DNA from: Macrostomum lignano
Lineage: Eukaryota
Direction of reading: 5' to 3'
DNA: 64,000 nt
NCBI GenBank assembly: GCA_002269645.1
Contig: NIVC01000889.1
Coordinates: 124,001-188,000 of the forward strand
Below are positions 1-26,200 of this stretch, one piece after another. The notes beneath the pieces are model-generated. The model did no database searches. It was not told where the DNA came from and saw nothing but the letters and a program-made list of their open reading frames with translations. The stretch's first letter is position 1; each line of letters starts with the position of its first letter. A program made the position numbers and the translations under genes.

Positions 1-678
1 TATTGAGGGGAATCCTAACAAATGGGAATTCCCTGTCTTCGATTATTCAAGGGAATCCTAAGCAATGGGAATTCCCTGTCTTCAATTATTCAGGGAAATC
101 CTAAGCAAAGAAAATTCCCTGTCTTCGATTATTGAGGGGAATCCTAACAAATGGGAATTCCCTGTCTTCGATTATTCAAGGGAATCCTAAGCAATGGGAA
201 TTCCCTGTCTTCAATTATTCAGGGAAATCCTAAGCAAAGAAAATTCCCTGTCTTCGATTATTGAGGGGAATCCTAACAAATGGGAATTCCCTGTCTTCGA
301 TTATCCAAGGGAATCCTAAGCAATGGGAATTCCCTGTCTTCAATTATTCAGGGAAATCCTAAGCAAAGAAAATTCCCTGTCTTCGATTATTAAGGGGAAT
401 CCTTAAAATTGGGAATTCCCTGTCTACGATCAGTCAGGGGAATCCTAAGCAATCGGAAATCCCTGTTTTCAATTATTCAGGGAAATCCTAAGCAAAGAAA
501 ATTCCCTGTCTTCGATTATTGAGGGGAATCCTAACAAATGGGAATTCCCTGTCTTCGATTATTCAAGGGAATCCTAAGCAATGGGAATTCCCTGTCTTCA
601 ATTATTCAGGGAAATCCTAAGCAAAGAAAATTCCCTGTCTTCGATTATTCAAGGGAATCCTAAGCAATGGGAATTCCC
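1..678. repeat. Minisatellite, 43-bp unit arranged as a 129-bp (3x43) higher-order repeat, in a convertase intron
   Basis: TATTGAGGGGAATCC recurs at 1 and 130. Units are of the form TATTCAAGGGAATCCTAAGCAATGGGAATTCCCTGTCTTCAAT, with about 10 copies of the palindrome GGGAATTCCC. Confidence 0.95.
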
Positions 679-774
679 TAATCAATTGCTAATAATTGGT
701 CTGTGGGAATCCACTGGAGATTCCTCCGCCTCTAGTCAGTCAGAAAGGAAATCCACCAGGAGGAGATCCGCTAC

Positions 775-15010
<14,236 letters not shown>

Positions 15011-15245
15011 TGAAATTGCACAAAAGTTAACCAATACTGAAGCCTGGATTTTTCAACAGCTTTTCCAGATGCTCCATCATGAGAGGCATTTAAGGTCGTC
15101 AGCTATATGCATCTTCATTTGACACTGTCTGTGATTGGCTGACGACATTCGTCATCTTGAAGACCACGCAAAACTCCTGACTCTCTACTGTATAAAGTAG
15201 CATTGTGTGCAAACATTGCTTTTGCTAATCGTTTTGTTTACTTTG

Positions 15246-15656
15246 TGGTACTGGCGCCTCTGGTGCTGGCGCAACTGGTGCTGGCGCCTCTGGTGCTGGC
15301 GCCTCTGGTGCTGGCGCCTCTGGTGCTGGCGCCTCTGGTGCTGGCGCCTCTGGTGCTGGCGCCTCTGGTGCTGGCGCCTCTGGTGCTGGCGCCTCTGGTG
15401 CTGGCGCCTCTGGTGCTGGCGCCTCTGGTGCTGGCGCCTCTGGTGCTGGCGCCTCTGGTGCTGGCGCCTCTGGTGCTGGCGCCTCTGGTGCTGGCGCCTC
15501 TGGTGCTGGCGCCTCTGGTGCTGGCGCCTCTGGTGCTGGCGCCTCTGGTGCTGGCGCCTCTGGTGCTGGCGCCTCTGGTGCTGGCGCCTCTGGTGCTGGC
15601 GCCTCTGGTGCTGGCGCCTCTGGTGCTGGCGCCTCTGGTGCTGGCGCCTCTGGTGC
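15246..15656. repeat. Near-perfect 15-bp minisatellite (GCCTCTGGTGCTGGC)n, about 27 units, between divergent genes
   Basis: Direct reading; the same unit occurs at 31606-32238. Confidence 0.97.
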
Positions 15657-16032
15657 ATCCAATAAAAAGCCTGTCTATACCCCTGAAGAGCCCTAAACCT
15701 TAAATAATTCTTAATAAATTCATTCACCCTTGAGACGCTCTCTGTCTTGTCTGCTTTCTCTCGAACGGCGGGAATTTCAACTAACTTTTCTATGCTCTTT
15801 CGGACTCGTCTTTAACTAAGCGCTTCTCAACGCTACACTTCTGCCTTTCCCCATATGCGTACTTCAGCCTATTGCAAACCAGAGCCAATTGTCTGACTGG
15901 AGTGGACAGGCAGACAGACCCATAGGCAACTGAAAGCGCACAGATTCCACAGCATACTCTTTAAAAGCGAGCCCTCAATGAGAGAAGGCGAGAGCATGTG
16001 AAGAGACAGCAGCGTTAGAAGATTCATACCAA

Positions 16033-19000
16033 ATGCCGATAAGCTGCGAGCAAAGGGTACCTTTCAAAATACCCGACGGCTTGGTCTGCCAGGTGATCAA
16101 ATTCGTGTGGCTATGCATCCTGTTAGCGTCATCGAATGCCGCTGGAGACGCGCTAGCTACCGCCGTCAAACTGGTGGACGGATTCAGCAGCAACGAGGGC
16201 ACCGTTATGCTCCTGTTCAACTCTACTTGGGGCCCGGTCTGCGACGACGGATGGAATCTGGATGCCGCATCAGTGGCCTGCCGGCAGGCTGGCTTTGGAC
16301 CGGCCATGACCTACACTACTGGGAACCGCTACCGCACCCAGCTCAGGGGTGAGTGGCTGGTCAAGGAGGCTCTGGCGGGTGACGATTGTGAAAAATGTAT
16401 CGCTGCATGCTCGCTTGCTCGCTGCATGGGCCCTAGACTAATAGAGTGGTTCGCTGCATGCACCCTGGATTGATAGGGGTGGGTGCTGCATGCACCCTGG
16501 ATTGATAGGGGTGGGTGCTGCATGCACCCTGGATTGATAGGGGTGGGTGCTGCATGGACCCTGGATTGATAGGGGTGGGTGCTGCATGGACCCTGGATTG
16601 ATAGGGGTGGGTGCTACATGGACACTGGATTGATAGGGGTGGGTGCTGCATGGACACTGGATTGATAGGGGTGGGTGCTGCATGGACCCTGGATTGATAG
16701 GGGTGGGTGCTGCATGGACACTGGATTGATAGGGGTGGGTGCTGCATGGACACTGGATTGATAGGGGTGGGTGCTGCATGCACCCTGGATTGATAGGCGT
16801 GGGTGCTGCATGGACCCTGGATTGATAGGGGTGGGTGCTGCATGGACACTGGATTGATAGGGGTGGGTGCTGCATGGACCCTGGATTGATAGGGGTGGGT
16901 GCTGCATGGACCCTGGATTGATAGGCGTGGGTGCTGCATGGACCCTGGATTGATAGGGTGTGTGCTATAGATAGGAATCAAACAACTATAGCATTAAAAA
17001 ATGGACCAACGCAGACGATGTGATGCACCTGGACGACGTCAGGTGCACCGGTACCGAGACCGCCCTCACCGACTGCCGCAGCCGGCCCCTTGGGCAGCAC
17101 GATTGTCGGGCAAATTTTGAGGCAGCTGGAGCTCGCTGCTCGGTGCTGGGACCGTCGAGGACCCCGGCGCCTGATTGGAATCCCTTGCGACTTGAAGGGG
17201 CCAGCCGGGAGTGGCTTGCCAACATGTCTCTGGTGAGAATCAAACCGGGTGTCCTGAGCATCAAGAGTGCTCGAATTGAAAGAGAGCTCAGCGCTGAGAT
17301 GAATAGTCCTTGGTAAATTGGACAAACCCCCTCCCCCCGCAGTCAACTTTCCGCCTTCGAGGAGTGACCTATGGTCACGGCAGCAGCCTTGCAGTCCTCG
17401 CTGAAGTGTCCAACGGTCCAGCAGGTGCCGTTTGCGTCGACGATGTCACTCTCCGAGAGGCCAGCGTCATCTGCCGACAGCTGGGCGCCGGTCAATACGG
17501 CAGGTTTCTGCACTCGGTGGGTTGGAACGTCAAACATTTTTTGCGCTCTGTCTTAGCCATAAGAAGCACTCAACTTCAAAGTTCCGCTTTTTCAACAGTT
17601 TGAAATTTCTGATCTCACCCTCGACGGTCTGACGAACTCGAGCCGACCGGTTCTGTTGCTGGGCAACTGCTTGGGAAATGAGACTCTGACGCGACAGTGC
17701 GTTGTCTATGGAAGCAACCGGGGAGTGCCGTGCAAATCTTCGGCGCTAGCTTTGGGTGTCACCTGTACATCAGGTAACTGTTAGATGAAGTGAGGTGAGG
17801 TGAGGTGAGGTAAAATGAGGTGAGTTGAGGAGGGATGAGATGTGGTGAGGTGAGGTCGAATGAGACTTAATATCACTTAAAATCATTCTCAGCCAATAGG
17901 TCCGATTGGCTAACTCTCAATCTTGATTCTCATCCTTTAGACCTACCGGATCTCGTGCCAGACACCCAGGCGCTTCAGACTTCTGTCTACCTGGCCAAGG
18001 TTCCCTTGTACTACATGGCCTGCGCTCTGGAGGAAAATTGCGCATCGCCGATGGCCTTCGAGTTGCAGAAAAATGACCCGCGTTAGTACAATACGTTCTT
18101 TTAAAGATATGTTTAAAGTTTGCAAACGGATGAATCATACGGGGGCTGGAGAATCGAGGGTCCAGTAGGGCAGGGAGTGAGGTGGCTGGGGAATCGAGGG
18201 TCCAATATGGCAGGGAGTGAGGTGGCTGGAGAATCGAGGGTCCAGTATGACAGGGAGTGAGATGGCTGGGGAATCGAGGGTCCAGTATGACAGGGAGTGA
18301 GATGGCTGGGGAATCGAGGGTCCAGTATGACAGGGAGTGAGGTGGCTGGGGAATCGAGGGTCCAGTATGACAGGGAGTGAGGTGGCTGGGGAATCGAGGG
18401 TCCAGTATGACAGGGAGTGAGGTGGCTGGAGAATCGAGGGTCCAGTATGACAGGGAGTGAGGTGGCTGGGAATCGAGGGTCCAGTATGACAGGGAGTGAG
18501 GTGGCTGGAGAATCAAAGGTCCAATAGGGCAGGGAGTGAGGTGGCTGGAGAATCGAGGGTCCAGTAGGGCAGGGGTGGCTGGAGAATTAATGGTCCAGTA
18601 GGGCAGGGAGCGAGGTTACTGGATATTGGAGCGTTTTATTTGGATCTGAATTTTGGAGTGGGAGCTAAATTTAGCTCGTATTTTAACCCTTCAGACTGGC
18701 CATTTGCCAACCGCAATCTGCTGAAGTTCTCCAGCATTGTGGCGAACGAGGGCACGCGGGATTTTCTTCCCCTGCGGGACACTGGCACCTGGGAGTGGCA
18801 CCTTTGCCACATGCATTACCACAGTATGGAATACTTTGCTCACTACGAGGTCTATACAAGGTAATCACGCTGGATATTATTGCGAGTGTGATTTATGTAG
18901 AATTTGTGTAGAATTATGTAGAAAGACTATGGATAAGGACTGTGGATAAACACTATAGATAGACAATGGATAAAGATTGTGGATAAAGACTAAGGATAAA

Positions 19001-19845
19001 GACTATGGATAAAGACTATGTAAAAATACTATGGTAAAGGCACTAGATAAATACTGAACTCCATCGCGGCCCCTCAGACACAATAGAACCCACCAGACCT
19101 TCGCCAGCGGTCACAAGGCCAGCTTCTGCCTGGAGGACAATGCCTGTCGTGATGGATCGCAACCCAGATTCCGCTGCAGCCAAGACCCGACAGAGAGAGG
19201 AACGCAGGGAATCTCGCCTGGCTGCAAGGACATCTACCTGCACGATCTGGACTGTCAGTGGGTCGACGTCACCGAGCTGCCCTACGGCCGATACGCATTC
19301 CGAGTGGGTTGTTGGTAGTGCTCACAATGGTCACAGTGCCCACAATGGTCACAGTGCTCACAATGGCCACAGTGCTCACAATGGCCACAGTGCCCACAAT
19401 AGCCACAGTGCTCACAATGGCCACAGTGCTCACAATGGTCACAGTGCCCACAATGGTCACAGTGCTCACAATAATCACATTGTTCGCAATCGTCACAATT
19501 ACAAAAGTGCGAAATTTTCAGGGCGGTTGCAGTCATCAACATGGTCGTCATGACTATAGTGGTCATGCTGGTCATATAGAATATGAATTAGTCATAGTGG
19601 TCATTGTGTGCATGGTTAGTAGTCATAGCGCTGGTCTGTAATTAATGTGTTAACAGTAGAAGTACTCAATTCTGACCAACCACTATGATCCTGATTTCGA
19701 TCTCGCATTTCAGCTGGTGGTCAATCCCGAATACCTGGTTGCTGAGGCGAGTTACTCAAATAACGCAATCATATGCGATCTGTACTACTCAGTGAATCAC
19801 GTGTCTCTGAGCGGCTGCAGACTGACGCACCCCTTCGAGTACTGA
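16033..19845 (+). CDS. LOXL: Lysyl oxidase-like protein with two SRCR domains and an intact LOX catalytic domain (~515 aa, 8 exons; start codon uncertain)
   Basis: Exons 16033?-16348, 17015-17232, 17343-17516, 17599-17773, 17941-18081, 18695-18860, 19078-19303 and 19714-19845 splice in frame (1548 nt). SRCR motifs: [33 protein letters not shown]; [16 protein letters not shown]; [24 protein letters not shown] motifs: LPDLVPD, ALEENC, Cu-binding [16 protein letters not shown] Lys in [13 protein letters not shown] Tyr in [30 protein letters not shown]. Confidence 0.95.
16452..16962. repeat. 32-bp intronic minisatellite (GGATTGATAGGGGTGGGTGCTGCATGGACCCT)n
   Basis: Direct reading; lies in LOXL intron 1. 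Confidence 0.93.
18140..18612. repeat. 40-bp intronic minisatellite (GGTGGCTGGGGAATCGAGGGTCCAGTATGACAGGGAGTGA)n
   Basis: Direct reading; lies in a LOXL intron. Confidence 0.92.
19316..19478. repeat. 18-bp intronic minisatellite (GCTCACAATGGCCACAGT)n
   Basis: Direct reading, just after the donor at 19304; source of the spurious CEHCGH ORF. Confidence 0.9.
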
Positions 19846-20092
19846 CGGATAAAAAGCATCTACCATGTATATGGGAATACTCATTTCATCTCAGTCAGGG
19901 TCTGTCCGCAAGCCACAATCAAAAGAAGAATGCGTATTGCCTTGACGCTGCTGTGACTTTCAAATGGCAAATAAACAAATAAATTGGTGTATTTTCATAC
20001 TAGTTTTCGTGTTCTTACGAACCTATTCATTGAGAACCTTCTATTTTAAACTAACTGAAACGATTGCCCCCCCCCCTTAGACTGGAATGCCC

Positions 20093-20140
20093 CGTGGCCA
20101 ATCACGGTCGAGGGGATGAGTGCTCGGGTGGCGCCTAAAT
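20093..20140 (+). promoter_or_regulatory. Putative promoter elements (CCAAT box, TATA-like TAAATA) upstream of the proposed first GPCR exon
   Basis: TGGCCAATCA at ~20093 and CCTAAATAGG at ~20133, roughly 90-130 bp before the ATG at 20224. Confidence 0.35.
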
Positions 20141-20223
20141 AGGAAGGATGCTTGATCGAGACCGAGAGAGTGTCTCGCAGACATTAAAAAATCCAGACGG
20201 TTCAGAGCAGTACTGCTTGACAA

Positions 20224-23200
20224 ATGGATCTCGTGACTGGGGTGAGTTGCAAAATTAAAACAAAGGAGATCGATTTGCATGGGGGATTTTGGTAGCTGCT
20301 TTTGCTGTTGATTGAAGGCTCATCGATCCGTACTAATAGATACTGCAACACCAGCAACGTGTTTATTTTTGCTTTGAGAAATCCTTCCTTTCGTTCTTTG
20401 TCTACGCTATAATTTGAGTCGAACCTTACCCTTACTTTGTGCTCAGTTGCAGGCAGGAAGCTTCCTCGAGCCAGCTAGTGATTTTCCGCTCTTGTGCAAT
20501 AAATATTAAATTAGCTTCAACATTGAAACGAGTGATGCAGCCGGCCACTCCGTCCCTCTTCCCACTGTTCTCATCTCTCCCTGTCATGTCGTTAAGTCGA
20601 ACTCTAATATTGTTTATAGCCTATGCCTGTGACTGGGTCTGGGCCCAACTGCACAGAATTCGTAATTCGATTGATCTTTGACCCGCTGACCTACTACTCC
20701 CGCTGAACCGGCATCTACCGATGAGCTTTGCTACTCTGCCCGCCTCTGTTGAACCCGAAATATGAATTGCAGAACTTTTTCTACGCGAACGACACGAGCA
20801 GCCTGCCAGCCTATCCGACGCTCGACCACCCGGGAGCCGTCAAGTCCGCCATCCTGATGCTCATCTTCACATTCTCCGTGGCCAGCAACCTGCGCGCGCT
20901 CCGCCAGGCCGTCTCGCCGGCCCCGGGGACGCCTGACACCAGCCTCCGCCTGCTGCTGCTGAACCTCATCGTGGCCGACCTGATGGTCACAGGCTTCTGC
21001 CAGTTTGGTAGCGCGGCCTGGATGCTCAGCGTGGAGTTCCACGGCGGCGACGCGCTGTGCCGGCTGTTCAAGTTCAGCCAGGCGGCTTCGCTCAACTGCA
21101 GCACCTACATCACGCTGGTAATTGCTGTCAGCCGGGCCGGCGGGCTCCTCCTGCCATGGCGCTGGCAGCGACGCCAACGCCGACGCCGTCTAGGAGGTCT
21201 CCTCGTCGCGGCGTGGACCGCCGGATTGGCTGTCAGCGTGCCTCAGGTAGGACATCGTCCAATTTGTTTGGCACTATCGACTGTCTAGTAACGTCACGTA
21301 CTTTGAAATACGTCATTGATCGTGTTTGATGACGTCATAGGTCGTCGGTCGTCTCGGATAAAAGCATGGCGCAAAATTTTATGTGTGACTAATAGCTTTT
21401 TTTGGCATCATCAAACGTTAAATGACGTCATTGACCACTGATCTTTGACATCTCTGAAAATTATGATACTTCATTGACTTTGCATACCAATGTCACTAGC
21501 TTTCTCAGGATACGCCTGATTCTCGAGACACTACGAATTTTACTATTCAATCGTTCAAGGTGCTTGGAGACAGGCGTAATTTGTCATTTGACATGAGACC
21601 TATGCTAAAAAACCTAAACCCTGTAGCTGTTCCTATTTGGCGTTGCTCGTGGTCCCTGGTCGCGGAGCTTCCACCAGTGCGTCTCCATTGAGTTGCGCCC
21701 GATGCCGCCACCCATAGCGGACCACGCGGACCAAATCGTGCTAGGCTGCATGCTGTTCAACCTGACCAGCCAGTTCCTACTACCGGCCACCTGCATGTCC
21801 GTCTGCTACGCGCTCATTCTCATCCGCATCGTCAAGCACTCCAGGCAGCTGGGTAAGTCTCCATCACCCATGTACTGAGCCAAAGAGTTCTTGAAAGGGA
21901 ATGCAGAGTATTATACCCTTAAATTCCATAGATTCTGACTGTAGACGAGTCTGACTGCAGTTCTCAGTTCACGCACTGTGCTCACAAATTAGTCAGTGCT
22001 TATTTCACGAATTTTAACATTATCATAGCTCACGTGTCGTCGAACAAAGTGAAATTGATGCAACAGGTGGCGCAACAGAGGTCGGTACGATCTTGAAGGC
22101 GGCGAGCAACACGGAGCAGGCCGTTTTGTTTTTCTGAAATCAATCACATGACTAGATAGATAGGGACAACTAATTTTTAGTATAGTGGATGTCACAATCG
22201 ATGACGTCTTTCAAAGTTATGACGCAGTTGATAGTGCCAAACAAACTATACGATGTCTTACCTGAGGCACGCTGACAGCAAATCCGGCGGTTTACGCCGC
22301 GACGTGGAGAAACCTGCCTATCTGCTTTGTGAGAAACTGAGAAACTGCAGTCAGCCTCATCATGTTCGAGGCCTGACTGGAAAGTGATAACAAGTGTCAT
22401 CAATATTCAACTGCTTGAAAGCTTGGGTGCCTGGAGGAAAAGAAACGGAGGCTCAATTGTTTGCAAAAAAAGTAATTTCCTCTCGACTGAGACACCCCTT
22501 CGAAGTGAAATAGAAAAAAATCTGAAAATAAACATATCAGCAGCAGAAGCCCCCCCCCTCCCAGCAATGAATTCCCTTTTAATCCCGGACGTTCAGTGCA
22601 CTCCAATTTATTTTCAATCTGCCGTTGTAGCAGAGGTTGTAAGTCGAGAACTCGCGGAAAGTCAGCCAAAATAAGTTTTTCCGAGTGGATTAAACAGCCT
22701 TCTTCCTTCTGTGTGCCATCTCTCTGAAAGGAACGGATTATGCATGTCCAAGCAGAGGTTCTGGCTCTCGTATGAGTTACAATTGTGAGGTTTGCGTGTG
22801 AGGTTAGACCTTCGTGCTTGTGTTTGTTATTTTATTCCTTTATTTGGTCACGTGTGGCTCTGTATATTTTAACCTCTGCCCGTCAGGGGGTGAGTAGTTT
22901 TTATTCTAATCGTTATTCTAAATAATTATTGCATTTGATGAGTAAATGGTTATTGCACTAGCCGAGACATGGATTTTTGCACTACCTGAGAAAGCGATTA
23001 TTGCATTAGCTGAGGAAATAGTTGCACTAGCTACTTGCTGTCTGGTGGATGCTTGCTATCTGGGGATAATTGCTATCTGGGGGATACTTGCTATCTGGGG
23101 GATACTTGCTATCTGGAGGATATTTGTTATCTGGGGGATACTTGCTATCGTTGCTTGCTTGCTCTCGGGGGGGGGTATATGCTATCTGATGGGGGCAATG

Positions 23201-26200
23201 CTTACTATTAAGTGCTTGCTATCGGGGAGGGAAAGGGGAGGTACTTGCTATCTAGAGTTGCTTGCTATATTGGGGTTGCTTGCTATGCTTGTAATCTGGG
23301 GTTGCTTGCTATCGGGGGATGCTTGTTATCTGGGTGATGTTTTCTGTCTTTGCGAAGGATTTATTTTGTTGCCCCTTTGTTACTTAAAAAAATATTCATG
23401 GTCTGTGACAAGTTTACTCAAATAAACTGAAAAAGGAATTGGTTCTTAAGAAAATGTGCTTTTTAATGAATTTGGATGAATTTGGATTTTTACTCCTTGC
23501 TTCTTGCAAGGGGGGCACTAGATTTCTTTAGTTATTCTATTGCTGACAATTCATAAATTTAATGCCATATCTACATGTATCATCAATGCCAAATATACTT
23601 CGTTTACTTTGTCCTTCATTCTCCGGCTCCACAGTGGTGGCAGCGAGAACCCAACGCTAGTGCACTAATGACCCAGAACGCTCTTTTTAGTGGCACGGAC
23701 GGCACTGACGTGAGAAAATGAGAACTGACGTATCTTCGAAGAATTTGCCGATGATGCGAAATGGGACGACGAGACTTCAGCGTCGAAATTGAAGTTGCTG
23801 ATTACTGGAGAGACCCAGCTGGTCGTCTGAGACCTGGACGAGACAAGGCAGAAGAGCTTCAAGAGCATCAAAGACGACCTCACAAAGTTTATGGAGGCGA
23901 ATTCGACAGCTTCAAGCCTATAAGTGACTTCTATTTGAGAAAGCGTGGAGACACCGAGACTCTTCGTGAGCTCTGTTTCAACCTTAAGCTGCTTCACCAG
24001 AAGGCGAGACCGAAGGATTCTGTAAATAAGCGAGACCGAGACGTGCGCTTTCAGCTTGCGCAGCTACTCAAGACTGACATCCGTGACAACCTACTCAAGG
24101 CAGAGGACGCAGAGACCTGCAGCTTGGAGACTCTGCTGCAGCGGGCGTCTCGGCTCGATGAGCTGTCGGTGCGACAGTTGGTTGCGGCAGTCGGTGCCAT
24201 CAGCGCTATTTCAGCAGACAGACCGTCCGAAGACCGCTTAGACCGACTCAAGAGGCGCATGGAGGAACTCATCGCAAGGGTCAGTGTGCAGCCAGGGACA
24301 GACACTCGACATCCCCTCCCGGATCGAAGAGGCGCCTGCTTCAGCTGCGGCCAACTCCGACTCCGCGCAGCTCAATGTCAGCAGCGTCAAAAACAGCCGG
24401 ACCCGATCATCTGCCATAAGTGCTCGTGGCGAGGGCACAAGGCCTCTGTCTGTCTGCCCATCCAAGGCTCCGGGAAACTTCTAAGGGTTGGTGCAACGGA
24501 TGCGGGACCCACACTAACCCTAAGGAGCATCACGTTGCCCTGAGAGAGCTGGGTGGCCGTTGTGAACTGGAACCGGCAGACGTCATGCCTGTGTCGGTGG
24601 ACGACTTCGCCCTCGAGCTACTCGAAAGTGCAAGTACTACGGTGCAACCGGGTAATCGGGAATTAGCCCAGATTTCATCCTACGGATGAACTTTAAATTG
24701 TGAGCGAGGCAGCCAGAACGCAGTTCAGCATCAGCCAGACCACCAAATCGATTAAATTCGATGGCGTGTCTGCTCTGTTTAGGGACTGCGAACCCGAGCG
24801 TGAGCGCTGTCCTGTCGATTGGTGCCAACTGTAATCATCGCTAGAGTCCAGGGCGCCGTCATGGTCCCGCCAAGGTTGACCAAGGTTGTGGACGTGACGA
24901 CGGAGTCAAAGCAAGCACAGGGTATTTTTGAGCCATCACAGGAGTTTATCGACAGAACTGGAGTGCTGCCCTGCCGCGTGTTCACGGTGTCTTCAACCAG
25001 TGATAAGATTCCGGTTCAAGTGTCCAACCTGAGCTGCAGCCCGGTCGTACTGTACTCCAGCCAGAGCATCGGCACCTTTGAGAGCGCCGAAGTCATAGAC
25101 GAGGATGAGAACGTGCATGAGAGGCGAGGGCCAGTAGATGAGTTCAATGTAAATCCGGAGCTTCCAGACAGCGACAGCAACCGAGTGACGTCACTGCCGA
25201 TGTTATTTCAGCACACGAATTTGACGTCGGGATCGAGCTGGACGATTATGCGCGCCCGATCCGTCAGAGACCACGACGGGTTCCTCACACCTACAGGAAG
25301 CAGGTAGCTAAGAAGCTGGAACAAATGCATTGGCATGGCGTCATCGAACCTTCTACCAGACAGCAACTCGACCAGCAACCTGATGATCGTCAGAAAGAAA
25401 AATAACGACATCCGTGAAGGACGTCCATCTGCTGCCGCATTTGAATGAGGGTCTCGGTCCCTTGGCTGGCTGCTCTTGGTTCTCCACAATCGACATGCGC
25501 CAAGGCTTCCTTCAAGTAGAGGTCAGAGGAGGATCGGCCGTTGACGGCGTTCTACATACCTAGCGGCCTGATGCAATTCCAAAAAATGAGCTTCGGTATG
25601 TGTAACGCGCCCGCGACTTACCAGCGAATGATGGAGCTCATCATGACCGGCCTGAGCTGGGAAGAGGTCATAGCGTACATTATGATCTGATCATTTTCAA
25701 TAAGGACTTTGAGAGCCACATCGAGTCACTGTCCAAAGTGCTATAACGACTGCGGTCAGCCAAGCTGAAGCTGAGTCCCGGCAGGAGCTTCTTTACTTAC
25801 CGGAGCGTCGGTACTTGGTACTTGGTCAACGGCTGCGGAGAAGGTTGAGGCGATCAGGCAGATGCCGGAGCCTCAGTCTGAGGAGGATGTCCGGCGCATT
25901 ATCGGAATGCTCAGTTTCTACCGTCGATTCGTTCCCAACTTCTCCGATATCGCCAAGCCGCTGCACCAGCTGGCCCGGAAAGGCGCCCGTAGTTTTGTGA
26001 GGACAGCTGAACATTCTGCGGCTCTGAACAAGCTGAAGGACGCGCTGACCCAGGCTCCGGTTCTTCAGCTGCCCGACTTCAGCAGGCTTATCATTATCAC
26101 CTGTCACAGCAGTGCTGTCGCATTGGGTGCGGTGCTCAGCCAGGAGCGCGAAGTCCAGGAGCTGCTGGTGGCCTATTAAACAAGGCAGAGCGAAACTACA

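Noticed and set aside
15246-15656. 15-mer as a CTCF-site array (CGCCTCTGGTGC vs GCCCTCTGGTGG)
   Set aside because: Only about 9/12 positions match and the critical terminal GG is missing; CTCF presence in this lineage is also uncertain.
20721-20772. Programmed or erroneous +1 frameshift at CCCGAAATATGA giving MSFATLPASVEPE-YELQNFF as the GPCR N-terminus
   Set aside because: An upstream micro-exon (20224-20241, good start context and GGG|GTGAGT donor) joins in phase to TTGCAG|20773 without needing a frameshift. Not fully excluded; cDNA would decide.
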